In this document: one piece after another, positions 9,089 through 19,060 of the stretch
How the letters are laid out: every line of letters begins with the position of its first letter
Numbering within the stretch: position 1 is the first letter of the stretch
Assembly (NCBI GenBank): GCA_963768655.1
Contig: CAVYIM010000004.1
Location: forward strand, 224,001 to 288,000
Direction: 5' to 3'
Origin: an uncultured Chloroflexia bacterium
GTDB taxonomy: Bacteria > Chloroflexota > Limnocylindria > Limnocylindrales > CSP1-4
DNA: 64,000 bases
Notes under the pieces: model-generated
Told to the model about the DNA's origin: nothing
Database searches by the model: none
Seen by the model: only the letters and a program-made list of their open reading frames with translations
Program-made: the position numbers and the translations under genes

Positions 9089-9985
9089 TCAGACCGTGGC
9101 GTCGGCGATGACGACCCGCTTCGCCGCGCGAAGGCCGTCGCGCCGCCCGCGCAGGTACCGCTCCGTGACGTCATCCGCGGTGAGGAACTCGACCGAGCCG
9201 AAGCCTGCCGCCCTCAGCCTGGCGGCAACCGCGTCCGGCTCGAGACGCGTGCGCCAGGGCTCGCCGATCGCGGCCATGCGGGCCGCGGCCGAACCGGGCA
9301 CGAGCGGGCCTTCCGTCGAGGCGTCCGGCCGGGAGAAGTTGAAGACGAACTCGCTGCCGCCGGTAAGCCCACCGGCCATGGCGAAGATCCGCTCGGCCGC
9401 GACCTCGCTCAGGTAGATCAGCACCCCCAGGCAGGCCAGGAACGCCGGCCGCCCGACGTCCAGCCCGGCGGCCTCCAGGCGGTCGCCCAGGTCGGCGGCC
9501 TCGAGGTCGGCCTCGGCGTAGCGCAGGTTCGGCGGCTCCTCGATCCCGGCGCGCCGCAGTCGGGCGCGCTTGTCGAGCTGGCTCGAGGCGTGGTCGACTT
9601 CGATGATCCGCAGGTCGCCCGCCCAGCCGGGCCGGCGGTAGGCGAACGTGTCCAATCCGGCACCCAGGATCACGTACTGGCGAATGCCGCGTCGAACCGC
9701 TTCCGCGAGGCGGTCCTCCGCGTAGCGACTCCGCACCACGACGTCGCAGCGCAGGGCACGGGAGACCGGCGTTCGCAGCCGGTCGGCGTGCTCACGGATC
9801 GCGTGCGCCGCCTCCGCGTCGAGGAGGCGCAGTGCCAGTGGGTCGTCGAGGATGGGCGGCGGATCGTCGATCAGGAGATGCGCCGCCCGCAGCCGCGCCG
9901 CTCCGAGGGCGGTGCTGCTCGCAGTGCGCTCGGGGACGAGGTCCCGGGGCGGCTCGCCGTTCGGGTGCACGGATTCGAACCCCAT
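9089..9985 (-). CDS. SAM-dependent methyltransferase, LCM-like family
   Basis: TALGAARLRAAH, QYVILGAGLDTFAYR, EVDH and LGVLIYL. Confidence 0.9.
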   Translation of the reverse strand: MGFESVHPNGEPPRDLVPERTASSTALGAARLRAAHLLIDDPPPILDDPLALRLLDAEAAHAIREHADRLRTPVSRALRCDVVVRSRYAEDRLAEAVRRGIRQYVILGAGLDTFAYRRPGWAGDLRIIEVDHASSQLDKRARLRRAGIEEPPNLRYAEADLEAADLGDRLEAAGLDVGRPAFLACLGVLIYLSEVAAERIFAMAGGLTGGSEFVFNFSRPDASTEGPLVPGSAAARMAAIGEPWRTRLEPDAVAARLRAAGFGSVEFLTADDVTERYLRGRRDGLRAAKRVVIADATV

Positions 9986-10036
9986 GCCGGGACGATACCG
10001 CGAACCGGCCCGGCCGGGTGGCGCCGCCTCCGACGC

Positions 10037-11128
10037 CTACGGTCGGGCGGCCGCCCAGTCCTCAGCCGAAGTGGTGACCGGGGCGCCGCTCGAGGCCGAC
10101 TCTTCGATCGACAGCCCGATGAGATGGTCCTGGCAGCCCTCGGCCAGCGGGTACGGCGGCGCGCCCTCGCCGCGGCTCCACGCCGCCGTCGCCGTGAGCA
10201 TCGTGCCGATGGCGATCTCCTCGTCGCTGAGGCGCAGGCCCGGGAACGGGTTCCGGTACAGGATGGTGTCGCCGACGCTGATGTGGTCCGTGTCGAACCC
10301 GTCGAGGTCGAGGTCGTAGCCGGTCTGGCGGCGCACCAGCGGCGACCGCACGATCGTTCGAGGTCCGGCGAGCCGAACCACCTCGTCGCTGGCGATCTCG
10401 CCCGCGGAGCCACGGATCACGATCCGGCGCGAGCGGAGCTGGTTGTGCCATTGGTTGTCGGTGAAGTCGTAGAGCCCCATTGAGCCGCCGAAGTCGATGG
10501 TCGCGATCGTCGTCCCGGCGTCCTTCGGCCGGTCGTCGTCGGTCCAGGCGTCCTTCACCAGCGGATCGACGAGCGGCGCGACGAACGTCCTGGCGCTGAC
10601 CGCCGCAGGCTCGAACCGGGCGCCCAGGAAGGCCCGCATCAGCGCCACGGCGTGATACAGGTGCGTCGAGGAGACCTGCACGGACGTGACCTGCCCGATC
10701 GTGCCTGAGCGGGCGAGGGCGAGCCGCGACGCATGGCTCGGCATGAGCGGGTACTGCTCGGCGATCTGGACGAGACCGCTGGCGCCAACCGCCTGCCACA
10801 GGCGGCGGAGCCCCTCGAGGTCGGCCGCGGGCGGCGTCTCACACAGGACGGGCATTCCGAGCTCGACCGCGGCCCCGATCAGGCCCGGCGCAACGGTCCG
10901 CGGCACGCTGATCACGACGAAGTCCGGGTGCTGACTCGCGACGAGTTCCGCCACGGAGCCGTAGGCGGGCACGCCCCACCGCGCCGCCGCCTGTTCGCCC
11001 CGATCCCGGCTGCTTCCGATGAGCCCGGCGACCTCGATCCGGGCCGGCAGCAGGCCCGCCAGCCGCACGTAGAACCGCGCCCGCCAGCCGGTCCCGACGA
11101 TGCCGAAGCGGGCTGGCTTCGCGGTCAT
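10037..11128 (-). CDS. Gfo/Idh/MocA family oxidoreductase
   Basis: FGIVGTGWR Rossmann motif; VLCETPPA. Confidence 0.88.
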   Translation of the reverse strand: MTAKPARFGIVGTGWRARFYVRLAGLLPARIEVAGLIGSSRDRGEQAAARWGVPAYGSVAELVASQHPDFVVISVPRTVAPGLIGAAVELGMPVLCETPPAADLEGLRRLWQAVGASGLVQIAEQYPLMPSHASRLALARSGTIGQVTSVQVSSTHLYHAVALMRAFLGARFEPAAVSARTFVAPLVDPLVKDAWTDDDRPKDAGTTIATIDFGGSMGLYDFTDNQWHNQLRSRRIVIRGSAGEIASDEVVRLAGPRTIVRSPLVRRQTGYDLDLDGFDTDHISVGDTILYRNPFPGLRLSDEEIAIGTMLTATAAWSRGEGAPPYPLAEGCQDHLIGLSIEESASSGAPVTTSAEDWAAARP

Positions 11129-11170
11129 CTCATTCTCCTGTCGCGGCGGGTTGGAATGTCACGACACGAC

Positions 11171-11605
11171 CTAACTGACCGTGTCGAAAGGGTTCTCGAT
11201 CTCGATCCCGGCGAATTGGCGTCCGGCCTGGAAGTCCTCGCTGACGAGGCGGACCGCCCCGGCACGTCGCGCAGCCTCGACAATGAGGGCATCCCAGAAC
11301 GACAGCTGGGCCCGGTCCTCGAGCGCTGCCGCGTCGAGGATCAGCTCGACGTCGATCTGAACGACGGACCACGTCGCGTACAGCGTGACGATCTCGCGAG
11401 CCTCCGACCGGCGCATCGGAGGTTCGAACTTGCGGGTCGCGACGACGTAGAACTCCTGGAGGACCTGGGTGCTCACGACCCCCGCGCGGTCCGCCCACAG
11501 CTCCTCCAGAAGCGCTCGGGCAATCGGCTGCTTGTCGGTCGCACTGGCGTCATGGGCGTAGACCAGGACGTTGGTGTCGACGAACGTCCGAGGGCCGGCG
11601 GTCAT
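11171..11605 (-). CDS. vapC: PIN domain toxin (VapC)
   Basis: FVDTNVLVY, QVLQEF, SFWDALIV and SEDF. Confidence 0.92.
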   Translation of the reverse strand: MTAGPRTFVDTNVLVYAHDASATDKQPIARALLEELWADRAGVVSTQVLQEFYVVATRKFEPPMRRSEAREIVTLYATWSVVQIDVELILDAAALEDRAQLSFWDALIVEAARRAGAVRLVSEDFQAGRQFAGIEIENPFDTVS

Positions 11606-11853
11606 CGGTTCCGTGGTGCCTCACGATCGTGCAGCTCGTCGCGCGTCCAGCTCCTACCACCGCGGGGAACGGCCTTCTTCAGGATCGCCTCGGCGCGTGC
11701 ACGGGCCAGCTCGATCCGTTCGTCCTCCTCTACGAGCTCAATCAACCTCGTGGCCGCGAGCGCGCTGACCGACGTCCCGCGTTTCGCCGCCACGACCCGC
11801 GCACGCTTGATCACTTCCGCGTCAAGTTGCAGCGTCAAATTCGCACGCGCCAT
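11602..11853 (-). CDS. Ribbon-helix-helix type antitoxin (VapB-like)
   Basis: MARANLTLQLD..ARVVAAKRGTSVS..WTRDELHDR; 4-nt overlap with the PIN gene. Confidence 0.85.
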   Translation of the reverse strand: MARANLTLQLDAEVIKRARVVAAKRGTSVSALAATRLIELVEEDERIELARARAEAILKKAVPRGGRSWTRDELHDREAPRNR

Positions 11854-12149
11854 CGCCCGCTCCACAGTTCTGCCGTGGTCCACAGGATACCACGAGGCCA
11901 CGAGCGGCTCGTCGGCGCAGCAGTACGACTCCGTGGCGACCGCCGCCTCCGTGAAGCGACGCCCGATCACGTCAGGGCCACATGACCGGGCATACGACGA
12001 ACCGGCGGCCGTACGGCCGCCGGTTCGAGGGGAGGAAGGGATCCGCGCCAGGGCGCGGCGGAACGTCGCCACGGACCCGATCTGGGTCGGCCAAGGCTGG
12101 CCGCAGGACTGCCGAGCCGACGGGCTCGGCCGAATGCGAAGTTGCCGCG

Positions 12150-12320
12150 GATCTTGCCGATTCCGGGCACGACCGAGCGGGTGCGCCTCGAGGAGAACCC
12201 CGGCGCGGTCGGTGTTGAACCGACACCTGAGGATCTGCGCGAGATCGACAGCGCGGCCTCGAAGATCACAATTGAGGGAGCGCGCTACCCCGAAGCTCTG
12301 GAGGCGAGGACAGGTCTCCA
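12150..12320 (+). pseudogene. C-terminal remnant of an aldo/keto reductase
   Basis: ILPIPGTT..RLEEN.GA..VE.TPEDLREID..ASKITIEGARYPE is the typical AKR C-terminus; the N-terminal part is missing. Confidence 0.7.
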
Positions 12321-12363
12321 GCCGGCCAGTGCCGCCAGGGCATTTCCAGACAAGGAGCAAGGA

Positions 12364-12762
12364 ATGCAGATCCAGCCGAAGCAGCCGACGGTGAAGGCCC
12401 CCGCTGAGACGTTCACGGGCGATGCCTGGTTCGACGTCATCGCCCGCGGCGAGGAACCATCCCGGATCCGCGTCAGCGTCGTTCGCTTCGCCCCGGGCGC
12501 ACGCAATGCCTGGCATGCGCATGCGGTCGGGCAGACGGTGCACGTGACCGAGGGTGTCGGGCTCATCCAGTCGCGTGGCGAGAAGGCCATCGAGATCCAC
12601 CCGGGCGACACGATCCAGACGCCTCCCGGCGAGTGGCACTGGCACGGTGCCGCGCCCGATCGCTTCATGACCCACATCGCCATGTGGGAGGCGCCTGCCG
12701 AGGGCCCCGAAACCGAGTGGGGCGCCCTGGTCACCGACGCCGAATACCTGGGCAATCGGTAG
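12364..12762 (+). CDS. Cupin domain protein
   Basis: AAGGAG RBS; FAPGARNAWHAH and GEWHWHGA..MTHIA. Confidence 0.9.
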   Translation: MQIQPKQPTVKAPAETFTGDAWFDVIARGEEPSRIRVSVVRFAPGARNAWHAHAVGQTVHVTEGVGLIQSRGEKAIEIHPGDTIQTPPGEWHWHGAAPDRFMTHIAMWEAPAEGPETEWGALVTDAEYLGNR

Positions 12763-12785
12763 CGGCCAGAAGAAGGAGGCTACCC

Positions 12786-13160
12786 ATGTCCGGTTGGACC
12801 GCTGACGAGCTCGCCAGGATAGGCACTGCCGACGAGCTCCAGATCGCGTCGCGACGCCGCGACGGCTCTCTTCGACCCTTCGTGACCATCTGGGTCGTCC
12901 GCTCAGGCGACGACCTCTACGTGCGCTCCGCTCATGGTCGGGACAACGGCTGGTTCCGGCGCGCGCTGTCGTCCGGCGAGGGCGGCATCCGTGCCGGCGG
13001 CATGGAGCGGGACGTCGCGTTCGAGGAGCCAGGCGCCGCGGTGGACGCCGACCTTCACCGGGCTTACCACGCGAAGTACGACCGCTACGGGCCGAGCTTC
13101 GTCGGTGCCGTGGTGTCGCCCGAGGCGGCGAGGTCAACCCTTCGGCTCGTGCCTCGATAG
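12786..13160 (+). CDS. DUF2255 family protein
   Basis: WTADEL.RIG.ADELQIAS.R.DG..TIWVV..LYVRS..AYHAKY. Confidence 0.8.
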   Translation: MSGWTADELARIGTADELQIASRRRDGSLRPFVTIWVVRSGDDLYVRSAHGRDNGWFRRALSSGEGGIRAGGMERDVAFEEPGAAVDADLHRAYHAKYDRYGPSFVGAVVSPEAARSTLRLVPR

Positions 13161-13202
13161 GCGGACCCCGACGTCCTGACCGGCCTGGAGCATCAGGGAA
13201 GG

Positions 13203-13245
13203 TGGCGCGGGAGACGGGATTCGAACCCGCGACACTCTGCTTGGG
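13203..13245 (-). mobile_element. att site: 3' half of tRNA-Gly (distal boundary of the outer island)
   Basis: 43 bp with 2 mismatches to 30378-30420, ending in the anticodon loop. Confidence 0.88.
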
Positions 13246-13331
13246 GGGGTCCTGCGTTCGCATGCGTTGTGACGTGAGCGTAGAAGATGGCGTCAGCGTC
13301 TTTCGACTCGGCCAGCGTCGCGCCGATCGGC

Positions 13332-15683
13332 TCAGCCCGCCGCGACGGGCTCCAGCCGCCGCCGGAGGTACTGCCCGGTCAGCGAGCCGTCGGCCCGGAC
13401 GAGCTCGGACGGCGGCCCCTCGAAGATCACCCGCCCGCCGTCATGGCCGCCTCCCGGACCCAGGTCGATCACCCAGTCCGCCCGGGCGATGACGTCGAGG
13501 TTGTGCTCGATGACGATCACGGTCCGTCCGGCCTCGACCAGCCGGTCGAGCAGGCCGATGAGGTTGTCGACGTCCTGCATGTGGAGCCCGGTCGTCGGCT
13601 CGTCGAGGACGTACACGTCGGCGGCGCCGGACATCTCGATCGCGAGCTTGAGCCGCTGGCGCTCGCCGCCCGAGAGCGCGTCGAGCTCCTGGCCGAGCGA
13701 GATGTAGTCGAGCCCTACGTCGGCCAGGCGGTCGAGCATGACCCGGACCGGCCGCTCGGTGAAGAAGCCGTGCGCCTCCTCGACCGACATGGCCAGGACC
13801 TCGACGATGTTCCGACCCCGCAGCCGGTAGCCGAGGACCTCGTCGGTGTAGCGACGGCCCTCGCACACCTCGCACACGCTGGCGACGTCGGCCATGAACG
13901 CGAGGTCGGTGTAGATCATGCCCAGGCCGTTGCAGGCCGGGCACGCGCCCTCCGAGTTCGCACTGAACAGCGACTCCTTCACGCCGTTGGCGGCCGCGAA
14001 TGCCCGCCGGATCGGGTCGAGGATGCCCGTGTAGGTCGCCGGGTTCGAGCGCCGCGAGCCCCGGATCGCGGACTGGTCGATGACAGTCACCGACGGGTCG
14101 GTGCGGGGCAGGCAGCCGTGAATCAGCGAGCTCTTGCCGGAACCCGCGACCCCGGTGACCGCGACGAGCACGCCGAGCGGCACGTCGATCGAGACGTCCC
14201 GCAGGTTGTGGAGCCGCGCGTTCCGGATCGGGATCGAGCCGCGCGGCACCCGCGGCTCCGGCTTCAGCTCCCGCCGGACGTCGAGGTGGCGGCCGGTGGC
14301 AGTACCCGACGCGATGAGGCCGTCGACCGTGCCTTCGTACACGATGGTCCCGCCGTGGGAGCCGGCGCCCGGGCCCATGTCGACGACGTGGTCGGCGACC
14401 CGGATCACCTCCGGGTCGTGCTCGACGACCAGGACCGTGTTGCCCTTGTCGCGCAGCCGGCGCAGCAGGTCGTTCAATTGGTGGACATCGTGGGCATGGA
14501 GGCCGATCGTCGGCTCGTCGAAGATGTACGTGGCGTCGGTCAGGCTCGAGCCGAGGTGGCGGACCATCCTCGTCCGCTGCGTCTCGCCGCCGGACAGCGT
14601 GGAGGTCTCGCGGTCGAGGCTCAGGTAGCCGAGGCCGATCGAGACGAAGCTGTCGAGGAGGGCAGCCAGCCGCTCGATGATCGGCCCGGCGTTCGGGGCG
14701 TCGAGGCCGCGGACGAACGAGGCGAGGTCGCTGATCTGCATCGCCGCGCAGTCGGCGATGTTCCGGCCCTCGATCCGCGACGAGCGCGCGAGCGCGTTCA
14801 GGCGCGTCCCCTCGCACGCGGGGCAGGCGGCGAACGTCGCCATCCGCTCGACGGCCGCCCGGATGATCGGCTGGAGCGATTCGGTGTCCTTCACGAGGTA
14901 GAGCCGCCGGATCTTGTCGACGAGACCCTCGTAGGTTCTCGGCACTTTGGTCTTGCTCGCGCCCGGCCCGTACAGGAAGAGCTGCCACTCGGCGTCGGTG
15001 TAGTCGCGCAGGCGCCTGTCCGGATCGAAGAGGCCGGACCGCACGAAGGTGTTCTGGTTGTAGGTGCCCGGCTGGAAGTTCGGGAACGTGATCGCGCCCC
15101 CGTTCAGGCTCAGGTCGCGGTCGACGAGCGCGTCGACGTCGACCGTCGAGACCCGACCGAGCCCCTCGCACTCGGCGCACATCCCGCCGCTGATCGTGAT
15201 CGACTTCACCTCGCGCGCCGGGCCGCCCTTCTTCTCGAGGGTGATCGCGCCGCGGGCCGTGCCGGCCGCGGTGTTGAACGAGAAGGCGCTGGCGGGCCCG
15301 ATGTGCGGCCGGCCGAGGCGGCTGAAGATGATCCGGAGCATCGCGTGGGCGTCGGTCGCGGTGCCGACCGTCGAGCGCGGGTTCGCGCCAAGGCGCTCCT
15401 GGTCGACGACGATCGCCGCCGTCAGGCCCTCCAGCGAGTCGACGTCGGGCCGGGCCGGCGTGCCCATGAAGCTCTGGAGGAAGGCCGTGTAGGTCTCGTT
15501 GATCAGCCGGCGCGATTCGGCGGCGATCGTCTGGAAGACGAGCGAGCTCTTGCCCGATCCCGAGACGCCGGTGAACACCGTGAGGCGCCGCTTCGGGATG
15601 TCGAGGCTGACGTCGCGGAGGTTGTTCTCGTGGGCGCCTCGGACCTCGATCGCGCCCCAGGCGTGCAGCCGCTCGTCATTCAT
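13332..15683 (-). CDS. UvrA-like ABC ATPase (UvrA2/DrrC type)
   Basis: GAHENNL, GVSGSGKSS, two LSGGE motifs, GVAGSGKSS and Cys pairs; 783 aa, shorter than canonical UvrA. Confidence 0.9.
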   Translation of the reverse strand: MNDERLHAWGAIEVRGAHENNLRDVSLDIPKRRLTVFTGVSGSGKSSLVFQTIAAESRRLINETYTAFLQSFMGTPARPDVDSLEGLTAAIVVDQERLGANPRSTVGTATDAHAMLRIIFSRLGRPHIGPASAFSFNTAAGTARGAITLEKKGGPAREVKSITISGGMCAECEGLGRVSTVDVDALVDRDLSLNGGAITFPNFQPGTYNQNTFVRSGLFDPDRRLRDYTDAEWQLFLYGPGASKTKVPRTYEGLVDKIRRLYLVKDTESLQPIIRAAVERMATFAACPACEGTRLNALARSSRIEGRNIADCAAMQISDLASFVRGLDAPNAGPIIERLAALLDSFVSIGLGYLSLDRETSTLSGGETQRTRMVRHLGSSLTDATYIFDEPTIGLHAHDVHQLNDLLRRLRDKGNTVLVVEHDPEVIRVADHVVDMGPGAGSHGGTIVYEGTVDGLIASGTATGRHLDVRRELKPEPRVPRGSIPIRNARLHNLRDVSIDVPLGVLVAVTGVAGSGKSSLIHGCLPRTDPSVTVIDQSAIRGSRRSNPATYTGILDPIRRAFAAANGVKESLFSANSEGACPACNGLGMIYTDLAFMADVASVCEVCEGRRYTDEVLGYRLRGRNIVEVLAMSVEEAHGFFTERPVRVMLDRLADVGLDYISLGQELDALSGGERQRLKLAIEMSGAADVYVLDEPTTGLHMQDVDNLIGLLDRLVEAGRTVIVIEHNLDVIARADWVIDLGPGGGHDGGRVIFEGPPSELVRADGSLTGQYLRRRLEPVAAG

Positions 15684-15695
15684 AGTCGGCGTTGC

Positions 15696-16124
15696 TCAGC
15701 TGACTGCTTTCTTCACGAGCGCGCCGATCCTTACCTCGTCGGCGGCGGTCAGGTCCTTCAAGGCGTAGGTGGTCGGCCACATGGCGCCCTCGTCGAGGTT
15801 CGCCTTGTCGCTGAAGCCCAACGTCGCGTACCTGGTCTTGAACTTCCGCGCGTCCTGGAAGAAGCAGACGACATTGCCGTCACTGCCATACGCCGGCATC
15901 CCGTACCAGAGTCTGGGCGAGAGGGCTGGGGCGCCGGCTTTGATGATCGCATGGAGCCGCTCGGCCATGGCGCGATCCGCGTCCGCCATCTCGGCGATCT
16001 TGGCGAGCACATCGGCTTCGCCGTCCGCCGCTTGGGAGGCCGCCTTGAGCTCCCTGGCGCGCTCCTTCATGGCGGCCCGTTCGTCGGCCGAGAATCCTTT
16101 GGAGGGCTTCCTGGCATCTACCAT
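15696..16124 (-). CDS. DUF1801 (YdhG-like) domain protein
   Basis: [27 protein letters not shown]. Confidence 0.85.
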   Translation of the reverse strand: MVDARKPSKGFSADERAAMKERARELKAASQAADGEADVLAKIAEMADADRAMAERLHAIIKAGAPALSPRLWYGMPAYGSDGNVVCFFQDARKFKTRYATLGFSDKANLDEGAMWPTTYALKDLTAADEVRIGALVKKAVS

Positions 16125-16151
16125 CGGGAGTCTCCTGTCGCTTGCGGGGGG

Positions 16152-16586
16152 TCAGACCGGCGTCTGCTGGGCGACCTTCGCCGGCTGGAGGATCCGAATC
16201 GCGTTGCCGAAGGGGTCCCGAAGGCCCATGTCGGTGCCGTAGAAGTGGTCGGTCGGCTCCTGGGTGAAGTCGGTGACTCCGCGCGACCGGAGCGATTCGT
16301 ACATGGCGCGGACGTCGTCCACGATGAACACGAGGCCACTCATCGCGCCTTTGGTGATCAGCTCGCGGAGCTGCGCCGAGGTCGCCTCGTCATGGAGCGG
16401 CGGGCCGGGCTGCTCCAGCGAGACCTCGGTCCCGCCGTCCACTCCGGGCACGCGGACGGTGAGCCATCGGTAGGTGCCCTGCCGGACGTCGTTGCCCTTC
16501 TCCAACCCGAGCTTGTTGACGTAGAAGTCGAGAGCCTCGTCCTTGTCGAGGACGTAGATCGAGGCCACGTTCAACCGGGTGATCAT
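16152..16586 (-). CDS. VOC/glyoxalase (bleomycin-resistance-like) family protein
   Basis: D.DEALDFYVNKLG, RWLTV and RDPFGN. Confidence 0.9.
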   Translation of the reverse strand: MITRLNVASIYVLDKDEALDFYVNKLGLEKGNDVRQGTYRWLTVRVPGVDGGTEVSLEQPGPPLHDEATSAQLRELITKGAMSGLVFIVDDVRAMYESLRSRGVTDFTQEPTDHFYGTDMGLRDPFGNAIRILQPAKVAQQTPV

Positions 16587-16624
16587 CGGGACTGCTCCTT
16601 TGCTGGCATCGAACGGTACGGAGG

Positions 16625-17083
16625 TCAGGCTAGGGGAGTCGCGGCCGCTCGCGCTTCTCCAAAACTGCTGAATCGCATCGCCGCCCCGGCAGAGATCATC
16701 GGCCGAGTCCCCGTCATCTGGACGCAGTTCGGTGCGGGCATCGGCCCGTGCAGCACGCGATGGCCGGAGGGCGTCTCGCCGACGATCTCGCGGAACGTGC
16801 GGCTGAAGGTCCCCAGGCTGGTGAAGCCGACATCGAAACAGATGTCGGTGACGCTGCGGTCGGTCTCGCGCAGCAGGAACATCGAGCGCTCCACCCGCCG
16901 CCGCTGCAGGTAACGGTGCGGCGTCTCCCCGAAGACGGCGCGGAAGCTGTGGATGAAGTGCGCTTCGGAGAGGTGGGCCACCGCGGCCACGGCGCGGACG
17001 TCGAGGGGCTCGGCGTAGGCGCGGTCCATGGCGTCGCGGGCGCGCAGCAGGCGCCGGTTCAAATCCTCGACTTTCAAGCTCAC
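16625..17083 (-). CDS. AraC family regulator (HTH only)
   Basis: HFIHSFRAVFGETPHRY..SVTDICFDVGFTSLGTFSRTF. Confidence 0.9.
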   Translation of the reverse strand: MSLKVEDLNRRLLRARDAMDRAYAEPLDVRAVAAVAHLSEAHFIHSFRAVFGETPHRYLQRRRVERSMFLLRETDRSVTDICFDVGFTSLGTFSRTFREIVGETPSGHRVLHGPMPAPNCVQMTGTRPMISAGAAMRFSSFGEARAAATPLA

Positions 17084-17215
17084 GGTGCCACGATAGGCTA
17101 TCTGGGGCGCGCGCTCAGTTCCCCATCCCTCAGTAACCGCCCCTCGGAACTACAGCTGGGAAGCGCCGGGACGCGTGACAGCGGGGGTGACGGACGACAG
17201 GTCAGCGGTCTTGGG

Positions 17216-18820
17216 TTAGTGCCCGGAGCCCGCGCCTCGGCGACCCCGGCTCGGCCTCGAGCCAAGACTTCGCATCAGACACGCGGCGACGGTGAGGCCG
17301 GCGAGGAGCGCCAGCATCGGTCCCGGCTCGCCGCCGGAAGGGGTCGGCTCGGACGTGCTGCTAGCCGGCGGAGTAACGCCCGCAGTCGGAGACGGCCCCG
17401 CAGTCGGAGACGGCCCCGCGGAAGGTGACCGCCCCGCGGTAGGTGACGGCCCCGCGGTAGGAGACGGCCCCGCGGTAGGTGACGGCCCCGCAGTGGGAGT
17501 GGCTGACGAGGTCGGTGCCTTGGGCTCAACGGTGACGGTGGCCTGGCTGGCCGTACCGGAGCCACCCTCGGTGGAGCTGACGGGACCCGTGGAGTCATGC
17601 CAGGTGCCCGCTGTCGTACCGACGACACCGACAGAGAAGGTGCAGCTCGCGCCGGCCAGGAGCGTGGCGCCCGAGAGACTCATCGTCGTGGCGCCGGGGG
17701 CGGCCGTGATGGTGCCGCCGTCACAGGATCCCGTGAGACCGGTAGGCGTCGCCACGAGGAGGCCCGCCGGCAGAGTGTCCGTGAAGCCGATGCCCGACAG
17801 TATCATCACCCCGGGCCCCGGTACGTTCGGCTGTTTCACGTTGGCAGCGTCCTGGTTCTGGTTCGCGATGGTGAAGGTCAGCGTCGTCGACCCACCATGG
17901 GGGATGGTGGCCGCTCCAAAGGCTGCGCTGATGGTCGGTGGGGAAAAGCCGACGCTGAGGTTGGCCGAAGCCCCATTGCCGGCGCCGCCGTTCGACGAGC
18001 CAACCTGATCGATGGTTGCGCTGTAGTACCCGGTCATCGGGGCGGACACGGTAACGGAGAAGGTGCAACTCGCTCCGACCCCGAGCGTCGCGCCCGAGAG
18101 GCCGATGTCCGAACCGCCGGCTGGCGCCAGGATAATGCCGCCGCCGCAGCTGCCCGTGAGGCCGTTTGGACTCGCCACGTTGAGACCCGCCGACAGCACG
18201 GCGGTGAAGTTCACACCCGTGAGAGCGGCATCGTTGGCGGCCGGGTTGGTGACGGTGAAGCTCAGGGCGCTATTGCCCGGACCGGTCAGGGATCCAGGGG
18301 AGAAAGAAGCACTGATGGAAGGCGGGGCGACCACATCGATGCCCACGCTGCCGACAGAGTTGGCAGCGCCCTGATCTGAGCTGCTGGTCAGCTGATCTAC
18401 TTTTTCCCCGGCGGTCGTCCCGGTGACGTCGACCGTCACCATTGGCGGGACCGTGAATGCAAATCCCGACAAGCTGATCGTGCTGCTACCCGGGTCTGCG
18501 GTCGCGGTGCCGGCCGTGCCGCTATACATCGTCACCGTCAAGTTCGGCGAGTCGGCGACCACCAGACCGACGGGCAGCTGGTCAGTGAGGCTCACGCCAG
18601 TGAGGGGCACCCAGACATCCCAAAGCAGCACCAGCCTGCCGGTCCCGTGGAGGGGCATAGAGAACAAAGGTGACAGTGGCACAACGGGAGAGGCCGGGTC
18701 CGTAATGCAGTCGGCGACGGTGTAGGGCCTAGCGGCATATGCCCGGCTCGGGCAGAAGAGGCTGGCGGCACAGACCAGCGCAATCAACGGGCCGGCGAGT
18801 CTGCCGAATTGGCGAGCCAT
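17216..18820 (-). CDS. Secreted/surface protein with DUF11-like Ig repeats, Pro/Thr linker and C-terminal anchor
   Basis: GAGGAG RBS; signal peptide; repeated FTDTLPAGL.VA..CGGG..A..G...LSGATL..GASCTFSV units; hydrophobic then basic tail. Confidence 0.75.
   Translation of the reverse strand: MARQFGRLAGPLIALVCAASLFCPSRAYAARPYTVADCITDPASPVVPLSPLFSMPLHGTGRLVLLWDVWVPLTGVSLTDQLPVGLVVADSPNLTVTMYSGTAGTATADPGSSTISLSGFAFTVPPMVTVDVTGTTAGEKVDQLTSSSDQGAANSVGSVGIDVVAPPSISASFSPGSLTGPGNSALSFTVTNPAANDAALTGVNFTAVLSAGLNVASPNGLTGSCGGGIILAPAGGSDIGLSGATLGVGASCTFSVTVSAPMTGYYSATIDQVGSSNGGAGNGASANLSVGFSPPTISAAFGAATIPHGGSTTLTFTIANQNQDAANVKQPNVPGPGVMILSGIGFTDTLPAGLLVATPTGLTGSCDGGTITAAPGATTMSLSGATLLAGASCTFSVGVVGTTAGTWHDSTGPVSSTEGGSGTASQATVTVEPKAPTSSATPTAGPSPTAGPSPTAGPSPTAGRSPSAGPSPTAGPSPTAGVTPPASSTSEPTPSGGEPGPMLALLAGLTVAACLMRSLGSRPSRGRRGAGSGH
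17379..17498 (-). repeat. Coding 18-bp degenerate repeat encoding (PTAGPS)n
   Basis: About 6-7 units inside the surface protein linker. Confidence 0.85.
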
Positions 18821-19060
18821 CGCGATCCTCCTCTGACGACCACGGGCCACCCCACCGGGCGATGCGATGTGGCCGTGACGGTGTCCCCCGCCGCAATCTT
18901 AGCGTGCCACACGTTCACGAACACCCGAAACAGCTCTGGGCCAGGCGAGAGCTCGTCGTGTCGGGTGTTCGCGTGCGGAAAAGCGGGCGGGTCGGATCCG
19001 GTAGAGGAAGATCGAACCAGTCGCGGCGCTCGGCCACGCTCCCTGTGCCAAGGGCGGCCG

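Noticed and set aside
8042-10483. 813-aa plus-strand ORF
   Set aside because: It is an Arg/Gly/Pro-rich shadow frame overlapping three better-supported genes.
13203-13245. Additional tRNA genes at 13.2 kb and 20.8 kb
   Set aside because: Only 3' portions are present, with no D-arm or 5' acceptor strand; they are interpreted as att sites.
13287-16913. 1208-aa plus-strand ORF
   Set aside because: It is the antisense shadow of the UvrA-like cluster, typical of high-GC codon bias.
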